A stretch of 57,305 bases of DNA from a virus (lineage: Duplodnaviria; Caudoviricetes), in the IMG/VR virus record IMGVR_UViG_3300035182_000325, positions 1-57,305 of that record. One strand, given 5' to 3'. The first letter of the stretch is position 1, and each line of letters opens with the position of its first letter. The translations under genes and the position numbers were made by a program. The notes under the pieces were generated by a model. The model made no database searches. It was not told the origin of the DNA and saw only the letters and a list, made by a program, of their open reading frames with translations. Shown here piece by piece: positions 1-9,005 of the stretch.

Positions 1-91
1 ACATTTTGAGATGAGCATCATCGATTTGGACTTCAAACATTTTGAAGTAGTGTTCTGGCCTCTTTTCAATATCTCCTGCTACTCTCTCCAA
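1..91. repeat. 91-bp direct repeat identical to 57215-57305 (circular assembly overlap)
   Basis: First and last 91 nt are identical, and a single ORF reads through the junction in frame. Confidence 0.95.
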
Positions 92-796
92 ATACTTCTG
101 ATCGGAGAGTTTCCCCTGTTTTAATTGGGGCTTACGAATCACATTGTAAAGAATTCCCCCCAGAGGAATCTTGGGGTTGTCGTGTCGTATGGAGAGCAGG
201 TACAGCATAGGCTGAAGCATATAGCCTAGAGTCTGTTGTATCTGATCTTCGTTGATTGTGCTCTTAGTCTTGTTCTCCTGAAGCCATAGAAGACCCTCCT
301 TAATGTAGCATTGGTCTCTACGTCCTCTAAGTATTATGGTCTTACCCATCACTTGATAAGGGATTTCAAAGACCTCCTCTGTCTCAATGTACTTAGCTCC
401 TTTCAGTTGGTTCTTCCAGAACTTGAGGTAGTAAGGAACCATCAAAGCAGCAAGCTTACAAAGTTTTAGATCGTAATGCTTTGATCGTGCTTTCTTCTGT
501 AAGTGGGCAAAGATTTGGGAAGTAGTTTTACCTTGAGCATTGAGTTCTAATGCCTTGTGGTAAATCGTACCGAACTCCATAGCCTCTTTACTGGAGTCTT
601 TGACAGTAAGACCCTCTACTACTCGGAGTCTGAACCTTTCTCTGCATAGAACGAACTTGTTCATGAGAGACTGGCTTAGTCCATGCTTGACTCTGGGGTT
701 AGGGTAGAGGTCCCAATTGCATGGAGGTTGGAGATTCGTCTTTAACTGGTAAGGAGGAACCTCCCTATTCTTCAGTACCTTCAAAGGCTTGTTCAT
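1..796 (-). CDS. PD-(D/E)XK (Cas4/AddB-like) exonuclease, 5' part; continues into 57214..56967, about 347 aa in total
   Basis: Manual translation from ATG 796: MNKPLKVLKN...LSQSLMNKFVLCRERFRL...EFGTIYHKALE...TEEVF...LRGRRD...QENKTKS...QPMLYL. In frame with ORF 56967..57305. Missing from the ORF track. Confidence 0.85.
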   Translation of the reverse strand, partial: MNKPLKVLKNREVPPYQLKTNLQPPCNWDLYPNPRVKHGLSQSLMNKFVLCRERFRLRVVEGLTVKDSSKEAMEFGTIYHKALELNAQGKTTSQIFAHLQKKARSKHYDLKLCKLAALMVPYYLKFWKNQLKGAKYIETEEVFEIPYQVMGKTIILRGRRDQCYIKEGLLWLQENKTKSTINEDQIQQTLGYMLQPMLYLLSIRHDNPKIPLGGILYNVIRKPQLKQGKLSDQKYLERVAGDIEKRPEHYFKMFEVQIDDAHLKM

Positions 797-1527
797 ATTC
801 CGAGTTCTTGTTTGAGTTTTTTGAGTTGGAGCACAAGACGCTTAAAGTCTACTGATTCAGCACCTCCCTTACGTAGGATGTAGGCGGGATGAACGTAAGC
901 AAGGAAGTCTACCTTGAGCATTGTTAGAGCTTGTTTAGCTTTGTTCCCAAGAGCTACAATCTTTTCAGGCTTAAGGATTTCAATAATCTCCTTAAGTCTT
1001 GGAGAACAGGCTTTCATCTCATCCTTAGCTGGTTCTCTGAATGAAGACCTTGACTTATCTTCGTACGGAGCACAGAGAACAGTGTTAGTAAATGATCTAT
1101 ACTTCCCTTCTATCCCAGCTTCAGAGATTGCTAAATCAATTAGTTTACCACTAACTCCTACAAATGGTTGTCCTAATGAATCTTCAGATTCTCCAGGAGC
1201 TTCACCTACGAAGAGTATTTTAGGTCTGAATGCTCCGCGATGAAATACTTTACAGGAGGCGAGTTTATGTAGAGGACATTTCTTACAACAAGCCCATTGT
1301 AGAAAGTGTTCTGCTAAGTTATCTACAACATCAGTCTTTGTCGAAACGATAGGCTTCCGTTTCGGAAGAGTCTTGAATCTTGTAGATTTCAAGGGTACGC
1401 TTTCGTCTTTCTTCGAGGGTAAGGTTTTCTTCTTCAATTGTAGATTCCTTTTCGTCTTCAATTTGATGAGCCTTGCTACTTCTGGGGGAGAAGTCCTTAG
1501 GTACCTGATCGTGCTTCCATAGATCAT
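793..1527 (-). CDS. Uracil-DNA glycosylase, family 4 (Fe-S cluster type)
   Basis: CKKCPL, FVGEAPGESED, PFVGVSG, TNTVLCAP and HPAYILR motifs. Start uncertain; Lys-rich N-terminal extension. Confidence 0.9.
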   Translation of the reverse strand: MIYGSTIRYLRTSPPEVARLIKLKTKRNLQLKKKTLPSKKDESVPLKSTRFKTLPKRKPIVSTKTDVVDNLAEHFLQWACCKKCPLHKLASCKVFHRGAFRPKILFVGEAPGESEDSLGQPFVGVSGKLIDLAISEAGIEGKYRSFTNTVLCAPYEDKSRSSFREPAKDEMKACSPRLKEIIEILKPEKIVALGNKAKQALTMLKVDFLAYVHPAYILRKGGAESVDFKRLVLQLKKLKQELGI

Positions 1528-2173
1528 AGGTACGGATACAACGATACAGCTTTACAGGAACGAACTTATAGAGGTCTTCTAGTTCAGAGTTGTTTGGAAT
1601 ACTCCAAGCATGGAATATTCCCTTCTGTACTGCGTACTGATGAATGTCCTCCATTTCAGCTACAGTGAAGAATCGAGGATCAACAATCTTGTACTTAATA
1701 CATCCTTCTTGGCATTCAGTGAATGTAGGGAACCAAGTCGATCCACGATCCTTAACTATGTGTCCTTCAGGTGAGTACCTGAATGGATAGAGGATAGGTC
1801 TAGCTTGACCTTTATAGAGAGTGCCTAGCTTGAATTTATTACGGTAATGATTCAGAGTGTGCTTACCAGAGGTTAAGGCTCCTCCTGGATTAATTGTTCC
1901 ACCACCGAACTTTGTAGGCTTTCGATTACCAAACTCTAGATCGTAGTTGTACTTGATCTGTTCGTCGGTTAAAGGTTTGACTGCTTTGTTAGTGAGATTC
2001 GCTAAACATCGCATCTCGTTCATCTCGAATACAGCAGCAAGCCACCTGCTAATAGGGAGACCGGATTTAGCTCCGATACACTTGTGACCTTTGAGAACGA
2101 GACGCTTAGAGACTCGTACCTCAGTATCAAGGATATCATTGATCCAACGAGAAACCCGAGACACTTTAGCCAT
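1331..2173 (-). CDS. Hypothetical protein
   Basis: 280-aa ORF with ATG start; no recognised motif. Confidence 0.6.
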   Translation of the reverse strand: MAKVSRVSRWINDILDTEVRVSKRLVLKGHKCIGAKSGLPISRWLAAVFEMNEMRCLANLTNKAVKPLTDEQIKYNYDLEFGNRKPTKFGGGTINPGGALTSGKHTLNHYRNKFKLGTLYKGQARPILYPFRYSPEGHIVKDRGSTWFPTFTECQEGCIKYKIVDPRFFTVAEMEDIHQYAVQKGIFHAWSIPNNSELEDLYKFVPVKLYRCIRTYDLWKHDQVPKDFSPRSSKAHQIEDEKESTIEEENLTLEERRKRTLEIYKIQDSSETEAYRFDKD

Positions 2174-2216
2174 AGCAGTCCTAGGGATGAGAGGTGTTTC
2201 TAGTTGCGGTCCAAAA

Positions 2217-2603
2217 CTATGATTGGAAAGGAATGCCAGAAGAAATTAACAGATGTGATTGCTGTTTAGTAATCTTCGTTTCATAATCAAGTATTCCGGT
2301 GTCTCCGTCGATTACTTGAAACAAATGAGCCTTTGAGTCAGATATATTAATTCGGATGATTGCCGAGTCTTTTATCAAAGATTCAATTCGAATTTGCTGT
2401 ACGAGTTGCTCGCAAACTAAGTCGCGAATTACTTGAAACCCCGTATGTATCCTGTCAAGATATCCGTAGTCAAAGTGCTTAATCAAGGATTCGCGTTTGA
2501 TCGCTTTTTTTTGAACGCCCTTGTTCTTAACTTTTTTCGTCATAATGTCCTCTAGAGGTTGAGAGAGAAGAGAAAAAGACCTAGCTACTTCTGCCTCGGT
2601 CAC
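2217..2603 (-). CDS. Hypothetical protein (likely start ATG 2543)
   Basis: GAGG RBS precedes MTKKVKNK. Confidence 0.5.
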   Translation of the reverse strand: MTEAEVARSFSLLSQPLEDIMTKKVKNKGVQKKAIKRESLIKHFDYGYLDRIHTGFQVIRDLVCEQLVQQIRIESLIKDSAIIRINISDSKAHLFQVIDGDTGILDYETKITKQQSHLLISSGIPFQS

Positions 2604-2662
2604 AAAGCTTAGGTAGCAGGGAAGTAAGTCCGCTTACTATCCTTTTCGGTCGAAGCTGGATT

Positions 2663-2950
2663 CTAGCTATTAGTCGGTTCGGTGTCAACTGGGTCTTTAG
2701 CTTTTTTGAGAAGTTTTTCTGACTCCTGGATAGACCAGAGGACTAATAGTTTCGCTGCGGACGCTACAAAGGGTAGGTTTCGTTTCTTGGCTTCCGCACG
2801 CATCCAACCAATGATGATGTGAATTTGTCTACGACATTCCAGAGGACCCCAGAAGTCCATAGTTTTACGATGTTCTTCACAGTTGCAGCTACTTGTTAAA
2901 GTGACTCCAAAGGATGCAAGCTTCTTGTGGAGGATGGTTCCTGGACCCAT
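2663..2950 (-). CDS. Small Cys-containing protein (GPGT...CxC...MDxWGP.EC domain), paralogous to a domain in 4501..5871
   Basis: By-eye alignment with 4501..5871; stop/start coupled to the upstream methyltransferase. Confidence 0.75.
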   Translation of the reverse strand: MGPGTILHKKLASFGVTLTSSCNCEEHRKTMDFWGPLECRRQIHIIIGWMRAEAKKRNLPFVASAAKLLVLWSIQESEKLLKKAKDPVDTEPTNS

Positions 2951-3468
2951 TACTTATTGTCCACTACGATAAAGTGGAATTCGTTTTCGTGTCGAGTCCT
3001 TGGAAGCCAAGTTAGAATATCTCCATCTGGCCAATCCTTAAATAGTGGATTGGCCCTTGCCATGTTAAACCAGAAGTCATCTGCCCCAGCTTCAATTCGC
3101 TGGAGAGCTAATTTCTTAGGAGAGTTCTCCCAATACATTTCTGGGAATATGTGGTCTGCGTGTCGCATGAAGTTAATGCTGACTACGCCGATATGACCAA
3201 CTACCATAGCCATTTCACTAGCAGAGTCTGGACAACGTATTTCTACAGTTGATCCAAGTTTCCCAATACGAGCACATTCTCTAAGAAACATCTTTGGGTC
3301 TTTAACATGCTCGATACAGTGGCTGGAGTAAATCATATCAGCAAAATCGTTCTCTACTGGCCAAGGAGCATAGTCCAAGTTGTGGACTATATTAGCAGTA
3401 GGACAGATATCTAAATTTATCCAGTCTTCTTTCCGATTGCGAATGCCTCCTCCGATTTCAAGCTTCAT
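2950..3468 (-). CDS. Class I SAM-dependent methyltransferase
   Basis: KLEIGGG motif I, WINLDI, DMIYSSHCIEHV, FLRECARI. Confidence 0.85.
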   Translation of the reverse strand: MKLEIGGGIRNRKEDWINLDICPTANIVHNLDYAPWPVENDFADMIYSSHCIEHVKDPKMFLRECARIGKLGSTVEIRCPDSASEMAMVVGHIGVVSINFMRHADHIFPEMYWENSPKKLALQRIEAGADDFWFNMARANPLFKDWPDGDILTWLPRTRHENEFHFIVVDNK

Positions 3469-4526
3469 TAAATAAATTCCTTATGTATTCTTGGGACGAG
3501 TATAGAGTCTTCAATAAATTGGTTAGTCCCAAAGTGCCTACAGAATGAAGGGCAATCTTCACTAACAATAAATCGCGTACCTAAATGCTTCTTCCATATC
3601 TTCGTAAAGGTGTCTGTTTCTAAATCACCTATTGCAAAGTTCAGGTTACCCTTATGGTGACAGCAGGTATACACCATTCCATCTGCACTTATTGCAGATT
3701 CAAAGTAGATACCATGACAGTTCTTAGTGCGTCCTGGTTCTCCGTTAGCAATTGCTTTGTACTTGACTTCTGAGCAAGTGACCCTGGAATCAATTGCCTT
3801 AGCTTTAGCAATGAGACCGATAACAGTATCCGTGTCTGATTCCCATTGTTTTCCATGTGTGTCATGTAATGGACGATATTGAATGTAATCAACCGGAACA
3901 TCCTTCCAAAGATTCGGAAAAGTTTCTATCTCCTTCCAGGACTCAAAATGAGTTAAGAACCCTACCCCTACGGTAACCTCTAAATTCTCATCTCGTTTCC
4001 GATTCGCAGCCTTAGTTATATTTTCTAAGACCTTAGCAAAGTGTTGAGGTTTACCGTGTTGGTCTCTGTAACCCTCAACAGTAGAAGCATCGACAGAGAA
4101 GCGTACCCATTCAAAATGATGTATCAATTTTGATACGTCAATTACACCATGAGTAATAAGAGCTTGCTTAAGCCCTGCATAGCTTGCGAACTCTACAATT
4201 TCTTGGAGTCCTTTATGTTGTGTTGGGTCTCCTCCTCCAGTCCAAGTAATGGCTTGAACTCCCAAATGTTTTAGTTCTGAGATTAGATTCTTAACTCCAT
4301 GAACTGAGTTCTCTAGTCTTTCTGAAGGGGAAGCACCATCTGCAAATAAAGTAGCATTACTCCACTTTCGATCTAAGTACCCAGCACACCAAGGACAGGC
4401 TGAAGCACATAGGTTAGTGAGGTCTATCTCCACTAAGATCGGAGGATACTCAGTACTGCCCAGTATATAATCGGTGAGTATCGGAAGATGAGCCAGAATC
4501 TTATGTTGTTTGAATGGGCCGTTCAT
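3468..4526 (-). CDS. Radical SAM enzyme with SPASM/twitch C-terminal domain
   Basis: CASACPWC (CxxxCxxC), WTGGGDP, RFSVDA, and C-terminal CHG...ISADGMVYTCC...IGDL...CPSFC. Confidence 0.9.
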   Translation of the reverse strand: MNGPFKQHKILAHLPILTDYILGSTEYPPILVEIDLTNLCASACPWCAGYLDRKWSNATLFADGASPSERLENSVHGVKNLISELKHLGVQAITWTGGGDPTQHKGLQEIVEFASYAGLKQALITHGVIDVSKLIHHFEWVRFSVDASTVEGYRDQHGKPQHFAKVLENITKAANRKRDENLEVTVGVGFLTHFESWKEIETFPNLWKDVPVDYIQYRPLHDTHGKQWESDTDTVIGLIAKAKAIDSRVTCSEVKYKAIANGEPGRTKNCHGIYFESAISADGMVYTCCHHKGNLNFAIGDLETDTFTKIWKKHLGTRFIVSEDCPSFCRHFGTNQFIEDSILVPRIHKEFI

Positions 4527-5871
4527 TACGGAACCTTTCTAGTTGGGGTTGTATCTCTTCATTCCAATATTCAAGACTATATAGATCGTCGGAATAGTCT
4601 GCAAACAAACATCCTGTATCGTCGGGATGAAACATTAGTCCTGGGTACGATTCAGTTCCAAAAAAGAATTGATCCACTGTTCTCCAGTCTCGATTGAAAA
4701 CATCTCGATTACGGAACCAATAGAAAGTCCCAGAGTAGTGCCATTGATGATTGTTGAACGTGTCGAACATGCCGTATCGTTTGAATGCCCCAGTCATCGC
4801 TTTGGTAGCTAGTTGTTCTTTAACTAGGTCCCAATGGTCTAAGCAAGTCTCGTACATTACTGAAGTCCAACGATACAACGTCGAGTCTTCAGTATGTTCG
4901 TCTACGTGGTGTCTTGCTATCTTACTATGACAGGAGAATGTGACTTGGTTAGAGTCTAATGATTGCTGTCTCTCTAACATTGGAACGAAAGAAACAACTT
5001 CACGAATGCTAGGATCGTTAGAGAACTCTAAAAAGTCAGTAGTGAAGTCTTTAAGGTACTCTCGTACTTCGCCAGCACTACAAGAATCTTTATCTGTTGC
5101 GATGGACACAATCCTTCGACCATTGAATAGAGAAGCCCTTTCCATTACTTGATCGCAGTTCCATTGCCAAGCCCCATTACGAGAGGGCCAAATGTGCATT
5201 TGGAAATTGCGGATTAAATTAGAAGTATCAATCGTCTCTACGTTAGGACCTCTTACAGGAGTTCCTTCTCCTCTTCTGCGTCTTCTTCTTGGAGAGTTGA
5301 AGGTTGTCTTTACTTCCAATTTCCGAACATTGGCAGCTTCTTCCAGTCTATGCCTAACATCCTTAATTGCTTCCGATAGGAGCCAACCAGCACCTAATCT
5401 TAATGCTGGATCAAGAAGTCCTAAACCTACAGTCCAACCGGCAATAGACTGTACCGTTGATCCTAGAGAAACAAGGCTATCCTTAAGCATCTCCTTGTTT
5501 TCCATAAGTCTGCTAATGATATACTCTCTACGAGCATCACATTCATCTGGACCCCATTGGTCCATTTGAGCAGCCAAGGTATTACACCCACAAGTTCCAC
5601 CCGTCTTAACTTGTAAGAGTCCAGCTATTTTATCTTTCAGAGTTGAGCCTACTCCTAGAACATTACGGAACCTAGGATTAACTGCTAAGCCCGCTCTATG
5701 TGGAACTGAGGGATTGTAGTCGTATAGGGTGTCAATCGTTGCTACTTGGCCAGCTTGACAACGATTGAAATGCACATCAGGAATTTCACACTTCCGTCTA
5801 GTACACATCCCAGCTTGTAAACATTCGCACTTCATATAAATAATGTCCCACCGCAAGATACTTGACAGCAA
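4501..5871 (-). CDS. Cys-domain protein fused to a putative glycosyltransferase-like domain (likely start ATG 5835)
   Basis: N-terminal CxC..MDQWGP.EC domain. C-terminal CHSK...HYSGTFYWFR...E pattern resembles RgpF-like HTK...GTMFWAR glycan enzymes. Confidence 0.55.
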   Translation of the reverse strand: MLSSILRWDIIYMKCECLQAGMCTRRKCEIPDVHFNRCQAGQVATIDTLYDYNPSVPHRAGLAVNPRFRNVLGVGSTLKDKIAGLLQVKTGGTCGCNTLAAQMDQWGPDECDARREYIISRLMENKEMLKDSLVSLGSTVQSIAGWTVGLGLLDPALRLGAGWLLSEAIKDVRHRLEEAANVRKLEVKTTFNSPRRRRRRGEGTPVRGPNVETIDTSNLIRNFQMHIWPSRNGAWQWNCDQVMERASLFNGRRIVSIATDKDSCSAGEVREYLKDFTTDFLEFSNDPSIREVVSFVPMLERQQSLDSNQVTFSCHSKIARHHVDEHTEDSTLYRWTSVMYETCLDHWDLVKEQLATKAMTGAFKRYGMFDTFNNHQWHYSGTFYWFRNRDVFNRDWRTVDQFFFGTESYPGLMFHPDDTGCLFADYSDDLYSLEYWNEEIQPQLERFRNERPIQTT

Positions 5872-7241
5872 TCAATTGGTTTACCAGCACACGCTCCATT
5901 AACTCCAATAATTGCAGCAGTACAATCAATTGTAATGTCAAAGGGTATAGACGCTGCTACTCCTCCTACAGGATCACAGGTGCAAGTACTAGCTTGAACT
6001 CGTTTCCAAGAGTAACCGCTAGCTCCTCCATCTGGGCTTTCTCCTACGTCACCTACTTGTTTGAGTAAGGAGCCCACCCATAACCATAATCGACTACATT
6101 GAGTGTTCCCTCCAGGTTTGTCATACCTAGCAGTACACTCAAGAAACAATTTTAGACTATTGCTACATGGAGTAGTTGGACAGTTATAACCTGAAGGAAA
6201 GTCGAATTGGTATCGAGTTCCTGTCATCGAACCACCTGTAGTAAACGTGGTTGCGAAGACTACTTCTGTCGAGCAAGGTTCATCTCCAGGCTGTGCTCTA
6301 AAGAATCCACTACCACCCCCACCACATCCCGTATATGAGAAAGGTATATCTTTGATAACCCCTCCAGGATAGGTAGGATTGCTGAAGTCCATAGGGAGAC
6401 AACAATATTGACAGTACTCTGTTGATTGACAACCACAATCTTTTGACTTGATACGTACTATCGAACCATCGTAAAGAGTATATGTTACGTCTAATTGCTT
6501 ACAATTAGTAACGATTTTTGGAGGGAGAGTCAGCTTGTTGACTACCCCAGAAAGAATACAAGCTCCAGTGTATGGGTCTCGATATAAGTAAACGTATACG
6601 TCTATATCTTTTTTAAGAACATTAAAGGTTACAGGTACTGATCCTCTCCATTCGGGTCCGTCACATTTAGGATCAATGTAAGGGTCCATCCCAATCTCTT
6701 TTTCACCTAAGAGAACTGCTGAACCGGATTTAATATGAAGAATAGCACAAAGTTCTTTTGGAGCACATTCACAAGTACCACAAAAGAAGTCCATACAACC
6801 ATCGTCGGTTTGGACGTAAGGTAGCTTTTGAGTTTCTTGCCGAGTCCAGGAGAGTTTACCGTATTCGTAATCAATGGTCTTCATTACGAATCCGCTTGAA
6901 TCTCTACAAGTAACTCCTTCGTTACAGCTCGTAGCTTTTATTTGTTTTTCATCTAGCAGAACTACAAAGTAACAGACTCCATATCTGTTTTCCCAATAAG
7001 CAATGAAGGTATGTCCAAAGATAGTCCCTTTCCAGTATGCCCTATCCTTATCAAAGGTAGCTATCCCTATTTCATCAGGCATCCCATATACTTCCCACTT
7101 GAGACAGTAAGTACAGGGAAGTACAGCACAACAAAGATCAGCTAGTTGAGGGTCACAAACATCAACATGGAATTCGGAACAGCGTTTAAGACCATCATTC
7201 TGGAGCCATACAGGCCCCATTCCTTTGTTTGGTCCTAACAT
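5832..7241 (-). CDS. Cysteine-rich putative tail-tip/fibre protein
   Basis: 35 Cys in 469 aa by my count, repeated CC..PC..C-like modules, distal tail position. Confidence 0.55.
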   Translation of the reverse strand: MLGPNKGMGPVWLQNDGLKRCSEFHVDVCDPQLADLCCAVLPCTYCLKWEVYGMPDEIGIATFDKDRAYWKGTIFGHTFIAYWENRYGVCYFVVLLDEKQIKATSCNEGVTCRDSSGFVMKTIDYEYGKLSWTRQETQKLPYVQTDDGCMDFFCGTCECAPKELCAILHIKSGSAVLLGEKEIGMDPYIDPKCDGPEWRGSVPVTFNVLKKDIDVYVYLYRDPYTGACILSGVVNKLTLPPKIVTNCKQLDVTYTLYDGSIVRIKSKDCGCQSTEYCQYCCLPMDFSNPTYPGGVIKDIPFSYTGCGGGGSGFFRAQPGDEPCSTEVVFATTFTTGGSMTGTRYQFDFPSGYNCPTTPCSNSLKLFLECTARYDKPGGNTQCSRLWLWVGSLLKQVGDVGESPDGGASGYSWKRVQASTCTCDPVGGVAASIPFDITIDCTAAIIGVNGACAGKPIDCCQVSCGGTLFI

Positions 7242-9005
7242 TTATGCACACTCCGGTTGTCCGCAAATTGCATCAATTATCCAAACACCAGAGCAAGAGG
7301 CTCCGTAGGCTGCGTTAGTATGCCAATAAGTAGCTCTACCTGTAGCCCCTCCAGTTAAGAAGTCTTGAGTATAGTAAGAGAGAACACAACTGTCAATAAC
7401 CTTAATGTACCCGGTATATGGATCAATTCCAGGAGGGATTGCACCACACGATCCAGTGTAGTGAGTCCACTGTACCCATACGCATGGAGTAGTTCCAGTA
7501 CAATCTAACTTCTTAATGATGAATCTAATTTCGTCACTACCTCCACCTCCACCTCCAGAAATTAGTTCGTACCTTCTGGTATGAATGTTGAAGTGAACTC
7601 CAACCATATCTCCAACAGCTACGTCATCTTTAGATTCATTAAAGAAAGGAACTTTGAATGCGGTATGTCCTAGCAATGGAAGTTTAAGTTCACATTGAAC
7701 GGATGAATTTTCTGTAGTAGGTGCAGTACCGCCAATAGTAACAGTTCCCCTAAGGAATGGAGGAACGTACTCTAAGCCTCTACTGATCTGATTGACTAAA
7801 GGGGGAACCGCTAGTCCTTCTGGGGGGGAAGAGTACGTAGAGGTCAACATCCCCTGCGGAGAATAGACGTATCGAACTTTACTAATCGTTGCTGACGGTT
7901 CAATTAAAACTATGTCTTTGTATACTAGCTTAACCATTCGAAGCGTTCTGGCTTCGTAGTTGGTTTTTAGTGCTGCGATAAGGTTCATGTACTCGGAGTT
8001 CGAGTTGGGAGTTCCGTAAGTGTCATTTTCAAAGAACGGATAGTAGATCGCTTCAGCGTTACCACTAGAAGGAGTCCGAGCTACGTTTGGTAATGTTGGG
8101 TCTGTAGTTGCTGATGGTGAAACTTGATCTTGTGCCCAAGGTGTATCGGTATTCCCTAGATAGTCGATCAATAAAGTAGTTCGTTGTTTGGACTGCTGAT
8201 GCCCATTCTCAGAGAATACAACGTCAACTTTTGTGGGACAAGCTGGAGGCCCGTACGATGAATAAATTAGCTGATCTTTTGCTGGTACTAATTCAGAGCT
8301 AGTTTGGGCATTGGTCATGGTGAGCACTCCATTTTTATCAATGAAGACTACCATGTAATGAGCATCAGCAATAGTTCTTAGAACATCCTTTAATGCTGAC
8401 CCAGCTATAAGTACATTCCTTGGTTTGAATGAAGCTGGAAACCCTGAATGCGATAGGGTAAGGGTTGTAGTCCCAACCGGATGGTTAGTAAGTATGTCCG
8501 ATATGATTTGAGGGAAGGTTAATAACGATCCTACGATTGGCTCAAATTTATTAGCTGTATCCTTAGGAGCTAACCGAGTGATTTGATTGTAGTCTTTGTC
8601 TAAGATATCGCCCATGTTAGCGGAGTAGTCAACCAGTTCAACGATAGCTACTTTACGAGACTCTTCAGCATCAGTAGCAGGGTTAGCCAATGCCCAGGAA
8701 GTAACAGGGACTTCAAAGTAACTAACTGACTTGACTAGCAGATTCTGAAAGGTGATAGCATAATAAGTCTCGTTATTGAAAATGGTAAGTGTTATTTCAA
8801 ATTTACCAGTATTGATTACTGAGACTTTATCCGCAGCTACAACGAACTTACCAGAGCTTCCATCAGGGAAGATTCCATAGGTATACGAATTCCACTTATC
8901 CATTTCTGGATCAGAGATACCTAAGGCTTCATATCGTTCAATGATAGACTTCTGATCGTACACCTCAATCGATACTGCTGAAGTTGCATTCGTTATCGTT
9001 ATCAT
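7242..9005 (-). CDS. Putative tail (hub/tip) protein
   Basis: 587 aa in the structural operon; Gly linker followed by a Cys-containing C-terminal domain. Confidence 0.5.
   Translation of the reverse strand: MITITNATSAVSIEVYDQKSIIERYEALGISDPEMDKWNSYTYGIFPDGSSGKFVVAADKVSVINTGKFEITLTIFNNETYYAITFQNLLVKSVSYFEVPVTSWALANPATDAEESRKVAIVELVDYSANMGDILDKDYNQITRLAPKDTANKFEPIVGSLLTFPQIISDILTNHPVGTTTLTLSHSGFPASFKPRNVLIAGSALKDVLRTIADAHYMVVFIDKNGVLTMTNAQTSSELVPAKDQLIYSSYGPPACPTKVDVVFSENGHQQSKQRTTLLIDYLGNTDTPWAQDQVSPSATTDPTLPNVARTPSSGNAEAIYYPFFENDTYGTPNSNSEYMNLIAALKTNYEARTLRMVKLVYKDIVLIEPSATISKVRYVYSPQGMLTSTYSSPPEGLAVPPLVNQISRGLEYVPPFLRGTVTIGGTAPTTENSSVQCELKLPLLGHTAFKVPFFNESKDDVAVGDMVGVHFNIHTRRYELISGGGGGGSDEIRFIIKKLDCTGTTPCVWVQWTHYTGSCGAIPPGIDPYTGYIKVIDSCVLSYYTQDFLTGGATGRATYWHTNAAYGASCSGVWIIDAICGQPECA

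Noticed and set aside
1-91. Biological direct terminal repeat
   Set aside because: It falls in the middle of a gene and is best explained as an assembler overlap.
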